Of a stretch of DNA of 60,564 nt, positions 20,452 to 29,895 are shown piece after piece (position 1 is the stretch's first letter; the number at the start of each line of letters is the position of its first letter). Where the stretch lies: positions 1 through 60,564 of the forward strand of contig JAPLSM010000042.1 in NCBI GenBank assembly GCA_026398635.1, read 5' to 3'. Made by a program: the position numbers and the translations under genes. The stretch comes from Spirochaetota bacterium (lineage in GTDB: Bacteria; Spirochaetota; Spirochaetia; SZUA-6; Fen-1364). The notes beneath the pieces were generated by a model that was not told the origin of the DNA, did not search any database, and worked only from the letters and a program-made list of their open reading frames with translations.

Positions 20452-21624
20452 ATGGGTAGACAGTTCTCGTGGATCTTCCTCGGCGTCAGCGCCGCATTCT
20501 TCCTCTTCATCACCGGCCTGACCGGGTACCGCATCGACACGGTGCGCCGGGCGAACGCGCAGTCCGCCTATGTCCGCGCCGTCGCGCTGGCGGCACGCAG
20601 CCGTTCGCTCGCCGCCGGACCGGGCGGCTTCGCCGGACCGCTTTTCAAGGACGGGATGAAGGAGAGCTTCGAGGCCGACGGCCGGCTGCTGCTCGCCGCG
20701 GTGCGGTCCGACGCGGGGGGCTTCCTCTGGCTGATGGCCCGCGACCTCCGTGCCCTCGAGGACCCCGCCGAGCCGACCCCCAGCTGGCGCGGCACCCCCG
20801 TCTACCGGGTCAACCGGGGGTACGAGCGGCTCGTGACGCAGCCCCTGTCGTCCGGCCCGGAAGGCTTCGGCGTGGTGTTCGACGGTGTCTTCGTCGTGCT
20901 CGGCCGCGAGGACCTCTCCCCCGTGCTGCGCGACGACCTGTACCTGTTCCTCGCGTTCCTTCTCGCGAGCGGCATCTTCATGCTGCTGACGATCGGGTAC
21001 CCGGAGGCGCGCTCGACGGCGGGCGCACCGGGTTCTTCACCGGCCGCGGGAGCGCGGCCGGCTGCGGCCCCGGGGCCGTTCGCTTCCCGCATTCCCGCCG
21101 ATGCCCTCGGCGCGCACGGGCGGTCGTTCGCCTCGCCCTCCACCGGACTGGTCTGGGCCGAGCACCTGGCCCCCCGCCTGAAGGCGGAGATCGATCGGGC
21201 CGCCGCGTCCGACCAGGACCTCTCCTTCGCCCGTGTCGTGCTCGACCTGCCTCCCGACGCCGGCGGATCCGATGCCGCCGCGGCGGAGGTAGCCCGGCAG
21301 CTGCGTTCCTCGTTCCCCGTAGCGGACCTCCTGTTCGAGAGCGGGCCCGGCAGCTTCTCCGTTCTGCTGCCCGACCAGGACCTCGACCAGGCCGTGCGGA
21401 CCCTCGAAGGCCTGCGTTCCCGCGTGGCGGCCGCCGCATCAGGCGGCACGCGGTGCACACTGTCCGTCGGCGTGAGCGCGCGCGGCAGCCGGCTTATCGA
21501 GGAGAACACGCTGCTCGTCGAGGCCGAGATAGCGTCCGGCAGGGCGGTGCGTGAGGGCGGCAACCGGGTCGTCGGCTTCAGGGCTGATCCTGCAAAGTTC
21601 CGGGCGGCGCTCGGCGGCGTTTAG
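20452..21624 (+). CDS. Membrane-anchored protein with degenerate GGDEF-like domain
   Basis: The ATG at 20452 is followed by the TM helix WIFLGVSAAFFLFITGLTGY, and there is a second TM helix mid-protein. The C-terminal ..FARVVLDL....DLLFESGPGSFSVLLPDQDLDQAVRTLEGLRSRV...LSVGVSAR...LVEAEIASGRAVREGGNRVVGF follows the GGDEF-domain layout, but the active-site GG(D/E)EF reads GPGSF. Confidence 0.7.
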   Translation: MGRQFSWIFLGVSAAFFLFITGLTGYRIDTVRRANAQSAYVRAVALAARSRSLAAGPGGFAGPLFKDGMKESFEADGRLLLAAVRSDAGGFLWLMARDLRALEDPAEPTPSWRGTPVYRVNRGYERLVTQPLSSGPEGFGVVFDGVFVVLGREDLSPVLRDDLYLFLAFLLASGIFMLLTIGYPEARSTAGAPGSSPAAGARPAAAPGPFASRIPADALGAHGRSFASPSTGLVWAEHLAPRLKAEIDRAAASDQDLSFARVVLDLPPDAGGSDAAAAEVARQLRSSFPVADLLFESGPGSFSVLLPDQDLDQAVRTLEGLRSRVAAAASGGTRCTLSVGVSARGSRLIEENTLLVEAEIASGRAVREGGNRVVGFRADPAKFRAALGGV

Positions 21625-21658
21625 CGGCGCTCGCGGTTCGGCTTGGGCCGCCCCCCCT

Positions 21659-22585
21659 TCAATCCTCGTGCGGCAGGGGGACGTGCTGGAGATCCCGGCA
21701 CAGGAACGTCTCGGGGAAGATCTCCTTCGCCTCGCCGAGGAGGCGCTTCAGCTCGCGGTCCGCGTAGCGCGGGCTGTAGTGGATGAGGCCGAGTCGGTGC
21801 GCGCCGGCCTCCCGGGCGATCCGGGCCGCCTGCGCCGCGGTGAGGTGCCGCTTCTCGGCCGCCGTCTCGGCGAGCTCCTCGTCGAACATGCCCTCGCAGA
21901 TGAACAGGTCCGAACCGCGCGCGAAATCCGCGAGGCCCGGCGCGGCCACGGTGTCCGTGGCGAAGCAGAACTTGCGTCCGCGGCGCCGCTCGCCGAGCAC
22001 CTCCCGGGGCTGCACGACCCTGCCGTCGGCCAGGCTCACCGCTTCCCCATCCTGCAGCGTGCTCCACATCGGCCCGCGCGGCACGCCGAGCGCTTCGGCC
22101 TGCTCGGGGTGGAAGATGCCGGGCCGCTGGTCCTCCTCGAGGCACCACGCCAGGCAGGGCCGGGTGTGCACGAGCGGGTGCGATGTGACGCGGAACCCCT
22201 CCCCCTCGTACGCCTCGACGCCGGGCTCCACCTCCCGCACGACGATCTCGTAGTTGATGTGCATCTCGAGCGTGTCCCGCATGGCGGCGACGACGTCGCG
22301 GATGCGCGGCGGGCCGTAGATGTACAGGGGTTCGTCCCGGTCGACCTGCGAGGACAGCATCAGGATGCCCGGAAGCCCCGTGACGTGGTCGGCGTGGGTG
22401 TGGGAGATGAAGATCGCTGTGATCTTCTTCCAGCGCAGGTTGAGCCGGCGCAGCGACACCTGCGTGCCCTCGCCGCAGTCGAAGAGGAAGAGTTCCCCCT
22501 CCCGGCGCACGAGCACGGAGGTCAGGGCGCGCCCGGGCAGGGGCATCATGCCTCCCGAGCCGAGGACGAACAGCTCGAGGTTCAC
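21659..22585 (-). CDS. rnz: Ribonuclease Z (metallo-beta-lactamase fold)
   Basis: N-terminus LELFVLGSGGMMPLPGRALTSVLV, then LFDCGEGTQ, and the His motif ISHTHADHVTGLPGIL. The GTG start overlaps the upstream stop (GTGA 22582-22585). Length is ~308 aa. Confidence 0.88.
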   Translation of the reverse strand: MNLELFVLGSGGMMPLPGRALTSVLVRREGELFLFDCGEGTQVSLRRLNLRWKKITAIFISHTHADHVTGLPGILMLSSQVDRDEPLYIYGPPRIRDVVAAMRDTLEMHINYEIVVREVEPGVEAYEGEGFRVTSHPLVHTRPCLAWCLEEDQRPGIFHPEQAEALGVPRGPMWSTLQDGEAVSLADGRVVQPREVLGERRRGRKFCFATDTVAAPGLADFARGSDLFICEGMFDEELAETAAEKRHLTAAQAARIAREAGAHRLGLIHYSPRYADRELKRLLGEAKEIFPETFLCRDLQHVPLPHED

Positions 22586-25539
22586 ACCGGCACCTCCCGC
22601 ACCGCATCGGCGAGCTCGGGAAGGTCCCGGACCGCCTCGTCGATCGCGGCCCGGCCCGCCAGTACCGCCGTGCTGCCCCGGTCCCAGCCGTCGAGCAGGC
22701 CGCTGGCGGCCGCGGCGAGGTCGCGCCCCGTGCAATCCAGTACGAGCCGACGGCGCGCGAGCCGGTCCGGTTCCCCGATGCCGCGGAGCCGGCGCTGCAG
22801 GCTGAGGAACCCCTTCTCGCCCGGATCCAGGGGATGGTCCTCCCTGCCGACGGTGCCGACCACCGCGCGTTCGACCTCGTCGGCCTCCGGGCCGCTCACC
22901 GCGAAATCTTCGAGGGCCGCGCGGAAGGCGCCGAGTGTGCGGGCGATCTTCGGGTCCCGGTAGGATCCCAGGACGAACAGCCCTTCGACGGGACGCGGGT
23001 ACGCCCAGGCGCCGTACGCCCCTCCCTCGCGCCGGATCTTCTCCCAGAGCGTGCCGGTGGTCAGCAGGTGGCCGAGCACGGACGCGTGGACGCTGCGCCG
23101 GTCTCGCCAGGGGAATCCGGGCACCACGCGCGACGCGTACCCCACCGGTGTTCCCGCCGCGAGCGATTCCGCGCGCATCCATGCTGATGCGGTCGCTTCG
23201 ATTCCCGCTGTTTCGGCCCGGATGCCGGCGGCGGGCAGCACCGCGTGGACCGCCTCGAGGCTGCGCTCCGCCTCGCCGAAGCCGTCTGCCTCGTCGGTCA
23301 CGTTGAACAGCACATTGTCCCGGGTGATCAAGATGGCGCGCAGCTCCTCAAGCTCGGCCGCGAGGGACCCGAGACGGCCCTCGAGGCCGTCCGACAGCCC
23401 GTGCAGGAACTCGAGCTGGCTGATGCCGTGCCAGCGCTCCTCGACGGCCATCGCCGCCGATACCCGGCTGCCCGCGCGCAGGGCGGCGAACCGGGTGCCC
23501 GCCGGCAGCAGCGCCGCCTTCAGGTCGTTCCGCAGCTCGAGCACGATGTCGCGCAGGCGCGCCAGGTCGCGGAAATCGGCCCCCGCGGCGAGGCCGGCCA
23601 CGAGGGCGAGCGCCTCGGACAGCATCGGCCTCAGCGCACGCGTGCGGAGGAAGAGGTGCCCCGAGACGCCGCCCGGGTTTTCGACCGTGGCTCCCGCGTC
23701 CAGCACGGCCGTCAGCCCCCCGGTGAGCCGGAACAGCTCGAGGGCGGTCGCGGCATAACCCGCGCCCGGGACGCCGCACCCGCAGACCGCCCTGGCCAGA
23801 AGAGGCAGCAGCAGGGACTGCCGTTCCGTGAGCCCGTCGGCGCGGAAGCAGAGGTCAACGTAGACGACCCCGTTGGTGAACAAATCGTGCCGCAGCAGGG
23901 GGGCGCCGCACGCGAGGCGTCCCTCGCTCACGGGGATCACCTCGGGCTCGCGGCGCAGGGCGGCACGGCCGATCACAGGGATGAGCGCGAGCTCCTCGGG
24001 CGTCTCCACCCGGGACTGGAACGTCTCGAAGGCGCGCTGCTCCGCGGCCTGGCGGGCCCGGTCCGCGGCGGATATCCGCCGCTGGACGGCTGCGATCCGT
24101 CCGCGCTCGTCCGCGGCGTCGCGAGCCTCCTGCCCCGCGTCGGGCCTGACCACAAGCGTGGCCCGGTGGAGGTTGCCGAGCAGACGACCGGCCGCGAGGC
24201 GTTCGAAGAACCGGCCGTCGGCGGCGAGCCGTCGCTTCAGCGTTGCCATCACGGGCGTGAACTCGAGGCTGTCCACCGGGTCGGCCCCGTTCGACCACCC
24301 GCGAAGGACCCTGCGCATCAGGCGGAGTGCGTAGGGGCTGCCGTTGCCACGGATCTCCCGGTGCCGGAACTCGACCCGGTTGAGGGTGGAGGCCACGACC
24401 CGCTCGCCGATGCCCCGCTCCGCGAGCGTCGCCAGGGTGCCGAGCACGAGCCGCTCGACGTCGTCCGCCCGGTCGGGCTCCGTGCCCCTGAGGCCGACCG
24501 AGAACACGGCCCGGCAGGCCTCGGTCTCCAGCCCCGTTACCGGCGCCACGTCCTCGCCGAGGCCCGAGTCGGTGAGCGCCTTCCACAGGGGAGAGCCGGG
24601 AGTGCCGACGAGCGCGTCGGACAGCACCTCGAGAGCGAGCAGCTCCTCCCGGTCTGCGACCGACGGCCCGAGCCAGCTGACCGCCACCGTGCTGCGCCGC
24701 TCCGTGGGAGTGCCCGCGGGCACCGGGAACGTCCGCTCGAGTCTCGCGGGCGCAGTCCAGGGCGACGGCTCGGGAAGACGCGCGTCGATCCGCTCGGCGG
24801 CGAACGAGGAGAGAAACCGCTCCTGCAGGAACGCGAGCTCCTCCTCGACCGGAATGTCGCCGTAGAGGAAGATCCGGCAGTTGGAGGGGTGGTACCAGCG
24901 CCGGTGGTACGCGCGCAGGCCCTCCGGGGTGAGCATCGGGATCGCGCGCGGGTCGCCCCCGGAATCCCGGCCGAGCGGCGTGTCTGGGAAAAGCGCTCGC
25001 AGCGCCCACTCCCCGGCAAGCGCCTCGGGGCTCGCGTACGCGCCCTTCATCTCGTTCAGCACCACGCCCGCGAAGCCGGCCCGGCCGGCGGCGTTCTCGA
25101 GCCGCCATCCCTCCTGGCGGAAGGTCTCGTCCCTCAATAGGGGGAAGAACACCGCGTCGCCGTACACGTCGAGGAGGTTGAAGAAGTCTCGGGGCGTACA
25201 GCTCGCGGCTGGGTACACAGTGTGGTCGGGGTAGGTGAAGGCATTGAGGAAGGTCGACACGCTGCCGCGCATCAGCACGGTGAACGGCTCGCGCAGCGGG
25301 AAGCGGGCCGAACCGGCGAGCACTGAGTGCTCGAGGATGTGCGCCGCGCCGGTGTCGTCGAGCGCGGGGGTGGCGAACGAAAACGCGAACAGGTTCTCCG
25401 TGTCCGCAGAGGCGAGGTGGAGAACCTCGCATCCCGTGGCCGCGTGACGGAACACCCGGGCGCGGCACCGGTACTCATCCACCGCGCGCTCGGCAAGCTG
25501 CAGGAATCCCTGGATCGTCGCGCCCTTCACGGTGCCCAC
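22582..25539 (-). CDS. M16 family metallopeptidase (PreP/insulinase-like, M16C)
   Basis: Inverted zinc motif HILEHSVLAGS in the N-terminal domain, ~980 aa, with the characteristic ..TFLNAFTYPDHTVYP.. The start is uncertain: GTG at 25539 or 25530 is preferred. The Arg-rich N-terminal stretch back to 25647/25722 looks non-coding and would collide with epmA. Confidence 0.85.
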   Translation of the reverse strand: MGTVKGATIQGFLQLAERAVDEYRCRARVFRHAATGCEVLHLASADTENLFAFSFATPALDDTGAAHILEHSVLAGSARFPLREPFTVLMRGSVSTFLNAFTYPDHTVYPAASCTPRDFFNLLDVYGDAVFFPLLRDETFRQEGWRLENAAGRAGFAGVVLNEMKGAYASPEALAGEWALRALFPDTPLGRDSGGDPRAIPMLTPEGLRAYHRRWYHPSNCRIFLYGDIPVEEELAFLQERFLSSFAAERIDARLPEPSPWTAPARLERTFPVPAGTPTERRSTVAVSWLGPSVADREELLALEVLSDALVGTPGSPLWKALTDSGLGEDVAPVTGLETEACRAVFSVGLRGTEPDRADDVERLVLGTLATLAERGIGERVVASTLNRVEFRHREIRGNGSPYALRLMRRVLRGWSNGADPVDSLEFTPVMATLKRRLAADGRFFERLAAGRLLGNLHRATLVVRPDAGQEARDAADERGRIAAVQRRISAADRARQAAEQRAFETFQSRVETPEELALIPVIGRAALRREPEVIPVSEGRLACGAPLLRHDLFTNGVVYVDLCFRADGLTERQSLLLPLLARAVCGCGVPGAGYAATALELFRLTGGLTAVLDAGATVENPGGVSGHLFLRTRALRPMLSEALALVAGLAAGADFRDLARLRDIVLELRNDLKAALLPAGTRFAALRAGSRVSAAMAVEERWHGISQLEFLHGLSDGLEGRLGSLAAELEELRAILITRDNVLFNVTDEADGFGEAERSLEAVHAVLPAAGIRAETAGIEATASAWMRAESLAAGTPVGYASRVVPGFPWRDRRSVHASVLGHLLTTGTLWEKIRREGGAYGAWAYPRPVEGLFVLGSYRDPKIARTLGAFRAALEDFAVSGPEADEVERAVVGTVGREDHPLDPGEKGFLSLQRRLRGIGEPDRLARRRLVLDCTGRDLAAAASGLLDGWDRGSTAVLAGRAAIDEAVRDLPELADAVREVPV

Positions 25540-25645
25540 TATACGGGCGGGCCCGCGGCCTGTCCACCCGGAGCGGCGCCTCGGCGACGGTCGCTGCGGC
25601 CGCCGCCCTTTACGACCCTGCGGCCGGTCCCTATAGTCTTTAGCC

Positions 25646-26635
25646 ATGCAGCCGGACCTGCGTGCGCGGCTCAGCCGCTCCGATCGGTTCACTCGGGAGA
25701 TCCGGGAGTTCTTCGCCGGCAACGGCTATGTCGAGGTGGACACGCCGTGCCTCACCCCGTTCCTGATCCCGGAGCCGGCCATCGAGGTCTTCAGCACCGC
25801 GTTCCACCCGGCCGCGGGGGGCAGCGTGGAGATGTACCTCGCACCCTCGCCCGAGCTCTGGATGAAGCGGCTCATCGCCGCCGGCTCGGGGAGCATCTTC
25901 CAAATGGCGAAAAGCTTCCGAAACGGGGACCTCGGCGGCCGGCTGCACAATCCCGAGTTCCGCCTGCTGGAGTGGTACACGGTCGGCGCCTCCTGCCATG
26001 ACCAGATCGCGACCACTGAGGAGCTGGTGTCCCGACTCCTGTCGGCCGATCCACCCGAGACGCACGCGGAGCGCCTGGGGCCGCCGTTTCGGGTGATGAC
26101 CATGCAGGAAGCGTTCCGCGATCTCGCCGGCATGGATCTGGCCCGGTGCATGGCGACCGGTGACTTGATCGAGGCTGCGCGCTCGCGGGGGGCGGACGCC
26201 CGGGACGACTGGACCTGGGAGCAGGCGTTCCACGGCGTGTTCCTGGCAGCCGTGGAGCCACGGCTGCCGCGCGACCGACCGCTGGTGCTCACGGACTGGC
26301 CCGCGCAGGTGCCGACCACCGCCCGGCGCCGGCCGGGCACCCCCTGGGCCGAGCGGTGGGAGCTGTACCTCGATGGGGTCGAGGTGGCCAACTGCTACAC
26401 CGAGGAAACGGACCCCCGGGAGGTCGACCGGTTCATGGCTGATGAGGCGCGGCGCCAGCGCGACGCCCGGGTGGTGCCCCGGGTGGACGAGGGCTACGGC
26501 CGCCTCTTCGCGGGCGGGTTCCCCGATTGCGCGGGCGTGGCCCTCGGCGTCGACCGGCTCGAGATGGTCTTCCGCGGCGAGCGGTCCCTGGAGGGGGTGA
26601 TTAATTTCCCCCTCTCTGCTATAGTCCGCGGCTGA
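25646..26635 (+). CDS. epmA: Elongation factor P--(R)-beta-lysine ligase (EpmA/PoxA/GenX, truncated LysRS-like)
   Basis: Class II aaRS core without an anticodon domain: R..IREFFAGNGYVEVDTP.L, LAPSPELWMKRLIAAG...IFQMAKSFRNGD.G..HNPEF.LLEWY, ELYLDGVE.AN, G.PDCAGVALGVDRL. It lies directly upstream of efp. Confidence 0.88.
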   Translation: MQPDLRARLSRSDRFTREIREFFAGNGYVEVDTPCLTPFLIPEPAIEVFSTAFHPAAGGSVEMYLAPSPELWMKRLIAAGSGSIFQMAKSFRNGDLGGRLHNPEFRLLEWYTVGASCHDQIATTEELVSRLLSADPPETHAERLGPPFRVMTMQEAFRDLAGMDLARCMATGDLIEAARSRGADARDDWTWEQAFHGVFLAAVEPRLPRDRPLVLTDWPAQVPTTARRRPGTPWAERWELYLDGVEVANCYTEETDPREVDRFMADEARRQRDARVVPRVDEGYGRLFAGGFPDCAGVALGVDRLEMVFRGERSLEGVINFPLSAIVRG

Positions 26636-26663
26636 TTCCCACACTTCGTTTCGGAGCGTCCAC

Positions 26664-27224
26664 ATGATCAGGGCGAGCGACATCTCTAAGGGCACCTTCC
26701 TCCTCATCAATGGCCAGGTGTACGCCTGCGCCGAGCGCGAGTACGTGAACCCGGGCAAGGGCGCGTCCTTCGTGCGCCTGAAGCTGAAGAACATCAAGAA
26801 CGGCAGTGTGCTGCGCCAGACCAACAAGGCCGTGGACGAGCTCGAGGAGTGCAGCGTCGAGTACCGGGACGTGCAGTACCTGTACGCCGACGACGAGAAC
26901 TACCACTTCATGGACAACGCGAACTACGAGCAGTTCACGATCGGCATCGCGGGCGAGGAGGAGAAGCGCGACTTCCTGAAGGAAGGCGAGGTCTACTCGA
27001 TCATCTTCTGGGAGCGCCAGGCCATCGACATCAAGCTGCCCACCAAGATGGTCTTCACCGTCAAGGAGGCCGAGCGCGCCGAGAGGGGCGACACCGTGAG
27101 CGGTGCCACCAAGCCCGTCGTTTGCGAGACGGGCCTCAAGGTGCGCGTTCCGCTTTTCATCAAGGAAGGCGACCGCATCCTCGTGAACACCGAGACCCGG
27201 GAGTACCAGGAGCGGGTCAACTAG
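26664..27224 (+). CDS. efp: Elongation factor P
   Basis: 186 aa with the ..EYVNPGKGASFVRLKLKN.. loop carrying the modifiable Lys, and the ..GDTVSGATKPV..ETG..V.VPLFI..GD.I.V.T....Y..R motif. Confidence 0.95.
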   Translation: MIRASDISKGTFLLINGQVYACAEREYVNPGKGASFVRLKLKNIKNGSVLRQTNKAVDELEECSVEYRDVQYLYADDENYHFMDNANYEQFTIGIAGEEEKRDFLKEGEVYSIIFWERQAIDIKLPTKMVFTVKEAERAERGDTVSGATKPVVCETGLKVRVPLFIKEGDRILVNTETREYQERVN

Positions 27225-27230
27225 GGCCCC

Positions 27231-28385
27231 GTGTCGCCCATCGTGTTCCTGGTCGCTGCGGCCCACGCCACGAACGACCTGTACATGGGCTTCCTCTCCA
27301 CCCTCTATCCCGTCATCCGGGCCCGCTTCGGGCTCTCCCTCGCCATGGTGGGTACCGTCTCGATGGTGGCGGGCATGGCCTCGGCGTTCAGCCAGCCCCT
27401 GTTCGGCGCCCTGTTCGACCGCCGCGGTGTGGCCGTCTCGCTGCACCTAGCGCCGCTCGTAACGGCCGTCTTCATCAGCCTGCTCTCCCGGGCCCCGAGC
27501 GTCCCCGTCCTGCTCGTGCTGCTCTTCCTCGGGTGCATCGGTTCGGCCGCGTTCCATCCCAAGGGCGCCTCGATCACACCGGTCTTAAGCGGCAACCGGC
27601 CCGAGATCGGCATGGCGGTCTTCAGCGCGACGGGGAACCTCGGCTTCGCGGCCGGTCCCACGGTGATGGCCTTCTTCATCGCTGCGTGGGGCTGGAATGC
27701 GTCCCCCGTCCTCATCGCCCCCGCGGTGGTGGTCGTCGCGCTGCTCTTCGTGCTGCTGCCGCCCCGGCGCATCGAGGAACACACGAAGGGAAGGACCGAG
27801 ATCACGCTGCGCGGCCTGGTCGCGGACCGGGCCGGTTTCGCCGCGGTGCTGCGCCTCATCTTCATCAACTTCTGCCTGACCGTGGCCATCAGGGCGCTGC
27901 AGACCTTCCTGAGCATCCATCTCACCGATCTCGGCCAACCCGTGACCTCGGCCGGACTGCTCCTGACCGCCATGCTCGCCCTCGGCGCTCTGGCCTCGAT
28001 CCTGGTGAGCTCCCTGTCCCGGCGCATCGACGCCCGGGCGCTCGTGGCCTCCTCGATCCTCGCCGGGCCGCCCCTGGGCGTGGCAGGGGTGCTCCTGCTG
28101 CCGTCAGCGCTCGGCTGGGTCCTGGTCGCGCTGTCCGGCATGGCTCTGAGCTGGTCGAACCCCGTGCTCATCCTGAAGGCCCAGCGCCACGCCGGCGACT
28201 CGCCAGCCATGGCGTCTTCGCTGCTCATGGGGCTTTCCTGGGGCCTCGGGGGGATTGCGATGCTGCCCCTCGGCGCGTTCGGGGAGGCGCTCGGGACGCG
28301 GACGTTGCTGGTCGCTGCCGGGCTCGTGCCCCTGCTCGGGATCGTGTCGTGCTTCAGGCTGCCTCGAGACACGGACGTCCGCTGA
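27231..28385 (+). CDS. MFS transporter
   Basis: 384 aa with about 12 hydrophobic helices and the MFS-type loop motif G.LFDRRG. GTG start 7 nt after the efp stop. Confidence 0.8.
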   Translation: MSPIVFLVAAAHATNDLYMGFLSTLYPVIRARFGLSLAMVGTVSMVAGMASAFSQPLFGALFDRRGVAVSLHLAPLVTAVFISLLSRAPSVPVLLVLLFLGCIGSAAFHPKGASITPVLSGNRPEIGMAVFSATGNLGFAAGPTVMAFFIAAWGWNASPVLIAPAVVVVALLFVLLPPRRIEEHTKGRTEITLRGLVADRAGFAAVLRLIFINFCLTVAIRALQTFLSIHLTDLGQPVTSAGLLLTAMLALGALASILVSSLSRRIDARALVASSILAGPPLGVAGVLLLPSALGWVLVALSGMALSWSNPVLILKAQRHAGDSPAMASSLLMGLSWGLGGIAMLPLGAFGEALGTRTLLVAAGLVPLLGIVSCFRLPRDTDVR

Positions 28386-29789
28386 TCACTCCCAGAGGTA
28401 CTCGCCCTGCACGTACGTGTCGGGTCCCCCCCGTTCCGCGGCTGCCGCAGCGGCATCGCACGCCGCGAGGTACGCCCGGAGGCTGGCCTCGATCACGTCG
28501 GGGCTCGCGTGCCGGCCGTGGAATCGCCGGCCCCGGTGCTCGATCGTCACCGTGACCTCGGCGGGCGCATCGGTCCCGGTCGCGAGGGTGTGCAATGAGA
28601 AGAGCGCGAGCCGGGGCGTGAAACCGATGGCCCGGTCCACCGCCCGGAAGAGCGCGTCGACCGGACCGGCGCCGTGCGAGCTCTGCACCAGCCGGGCATC
28701 GCCGCGCCGGATCGCCACCACGGCGGCGGGCGGCGTGCCGCTTCCCGTCTGAACGGAGAAGCTCTCCAGCCTGAAAACCGACAGTTCCTCCATAAGTTCG
28801 GGCGGGACCACGCCGCCGCCCCGCGGGGGCCTGCCAACGGTCCGCGGTTCGAGCAGCCCGCGCAGGCGCGGTTCCAGGGCTCGGCGGGCGTGTGAGCCGG
28901 GCGTCGGCGCGAGGGCCGCCTCGCCGATGAGCGGCGCGTTCGGATGCGCCCGCACGCCCGTGAGTGCCTCGAGGAGGCGCGCGGCGCCCCACAGCTCCTC
29001 GAGCCGGATGCCGTGCTCCAGCCCCAGGTCGTGGCCGAACACCTCGAGCAGGGCCGCCAGCTGCTCGAGCGAGGCGTTGCCGGCCCGCTCGCCCACGCCG
29101 CCCAGCGTCACTTCGGCGTGGACCGCGCCAGCCTGCAGGGCGGCCAGGGTGTTCGCAGCCGCGAGTCCGAGGTCGTTGTGGCAGTGGATGCCTATCGCGG
29201 GCCCGTCGGCACCCGCGATGCCGCAGGCCCATGCCGCGATCTCCGCGGCCCCCGCTGGAGAGAGGGTCCCATTGGTGTCCGCGATGTCGAACACGTCGGC
29301 GCCGGCCTCCCGGCAGGCGGCGAGCGCCTCCCCGAGGAACTTCCGGTCCGCCTGGGGCGCCTCGCTCGGCGAGAACGCGACCCGGGCGCCGGCCTCCCTG
29401 CCGATCCGGATGCAGGCCTGGATGTCTTCGAGCGCCTCAGCCGCCGAGCGCTTCACGACCCCGGCGAGCGCGTGGGCGGACACGGGCATGAAGAGGTGCA
29501 GATACGGGCGGTCCGTCCCCTCGAGCGCCCTCAATGTCGGCTCCATGTCGCGCGCAGCGCACCGGGCGAGGCCCGCGATGCACGGCCCTTCCACGTCGCT
29601 GGCCACGGCAGCCACGCATTCAGCCTCCTCCGGCGAGGAGACGGGGTAGCCCGCTTCGATCACGTCCACCCCGAGACGCGCGAGCCGCCGGGCGAGGGCC
29701 ACCCGGTCCTTCAGGGTCAGGACGGCGAAGGGGAGCTTGCCGCCGTCCCGCAGGGTCGTGTCGAGAATCTCGATTCTGCGCCGCACCAT
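28386..29789 (-). CDS. 2-isopropylmalate synthase / citramalate synthase family protein
   Basis: The ATG at 29789 gives MVRRRIEILDTTLRDGGK (the HMGL-like N-terminus). Also IGIHCHNDLGLAAANTLAAL and a C-terminal LeuA-dimer-like regulatory domain. No other leu/ilv genes are nearby, so LeuA versus CimA was not resolved. Confidence 0.8.
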   Translation of the reverse strand: MVRRRIEILDTTLRDGGKLPFAVLTLKDRVALARRLARLGVDVIEAGYPVSSPEEAECVAAVASDVEGPCIAGLARCAARDMEPTLRALEGTDRPYLHLFMPVSAHALAGVVKRSAAEALEDIQACIRIGREAGARVAFSPSEAPQADRKFLGEALAACREAGADVFDIADTNGTLSPAGAAEIAAWACGIAGADGPAIGIHCHNDLGLAAANTLAALQAGAVHAEVTLGGVGERAGNASLEQLAALLEVFGHDLGLEHGIRLEELWGAARLLEALTGVRAHPNAPLIGEAALAPTPGSHARRALEPRLRGLLEPRTVGRPPRGGGVVPPELMEELSVFRLESFSVQTGSGTPPAAVVAIRRGDARLVQSSHGAGPVDALFRAVDRAIGFTPRLALFSLHTLATGTDAPAEVTVTIEHRGRRFHGRHASPDVIEASLRAYLAACDAAAAAAERGGPDTYVQGEYLWE

Positions 29790-29895
29790 GGGATCATGAT
29801 AGACCAAACCGTCGAAGCGCGGTAGCGGGCCATGGCGGCAAGCAGGCGACGGCAAGAGACGTCCGGCGAAGATCGCGCCGGCTCCAGCGCGCGGG

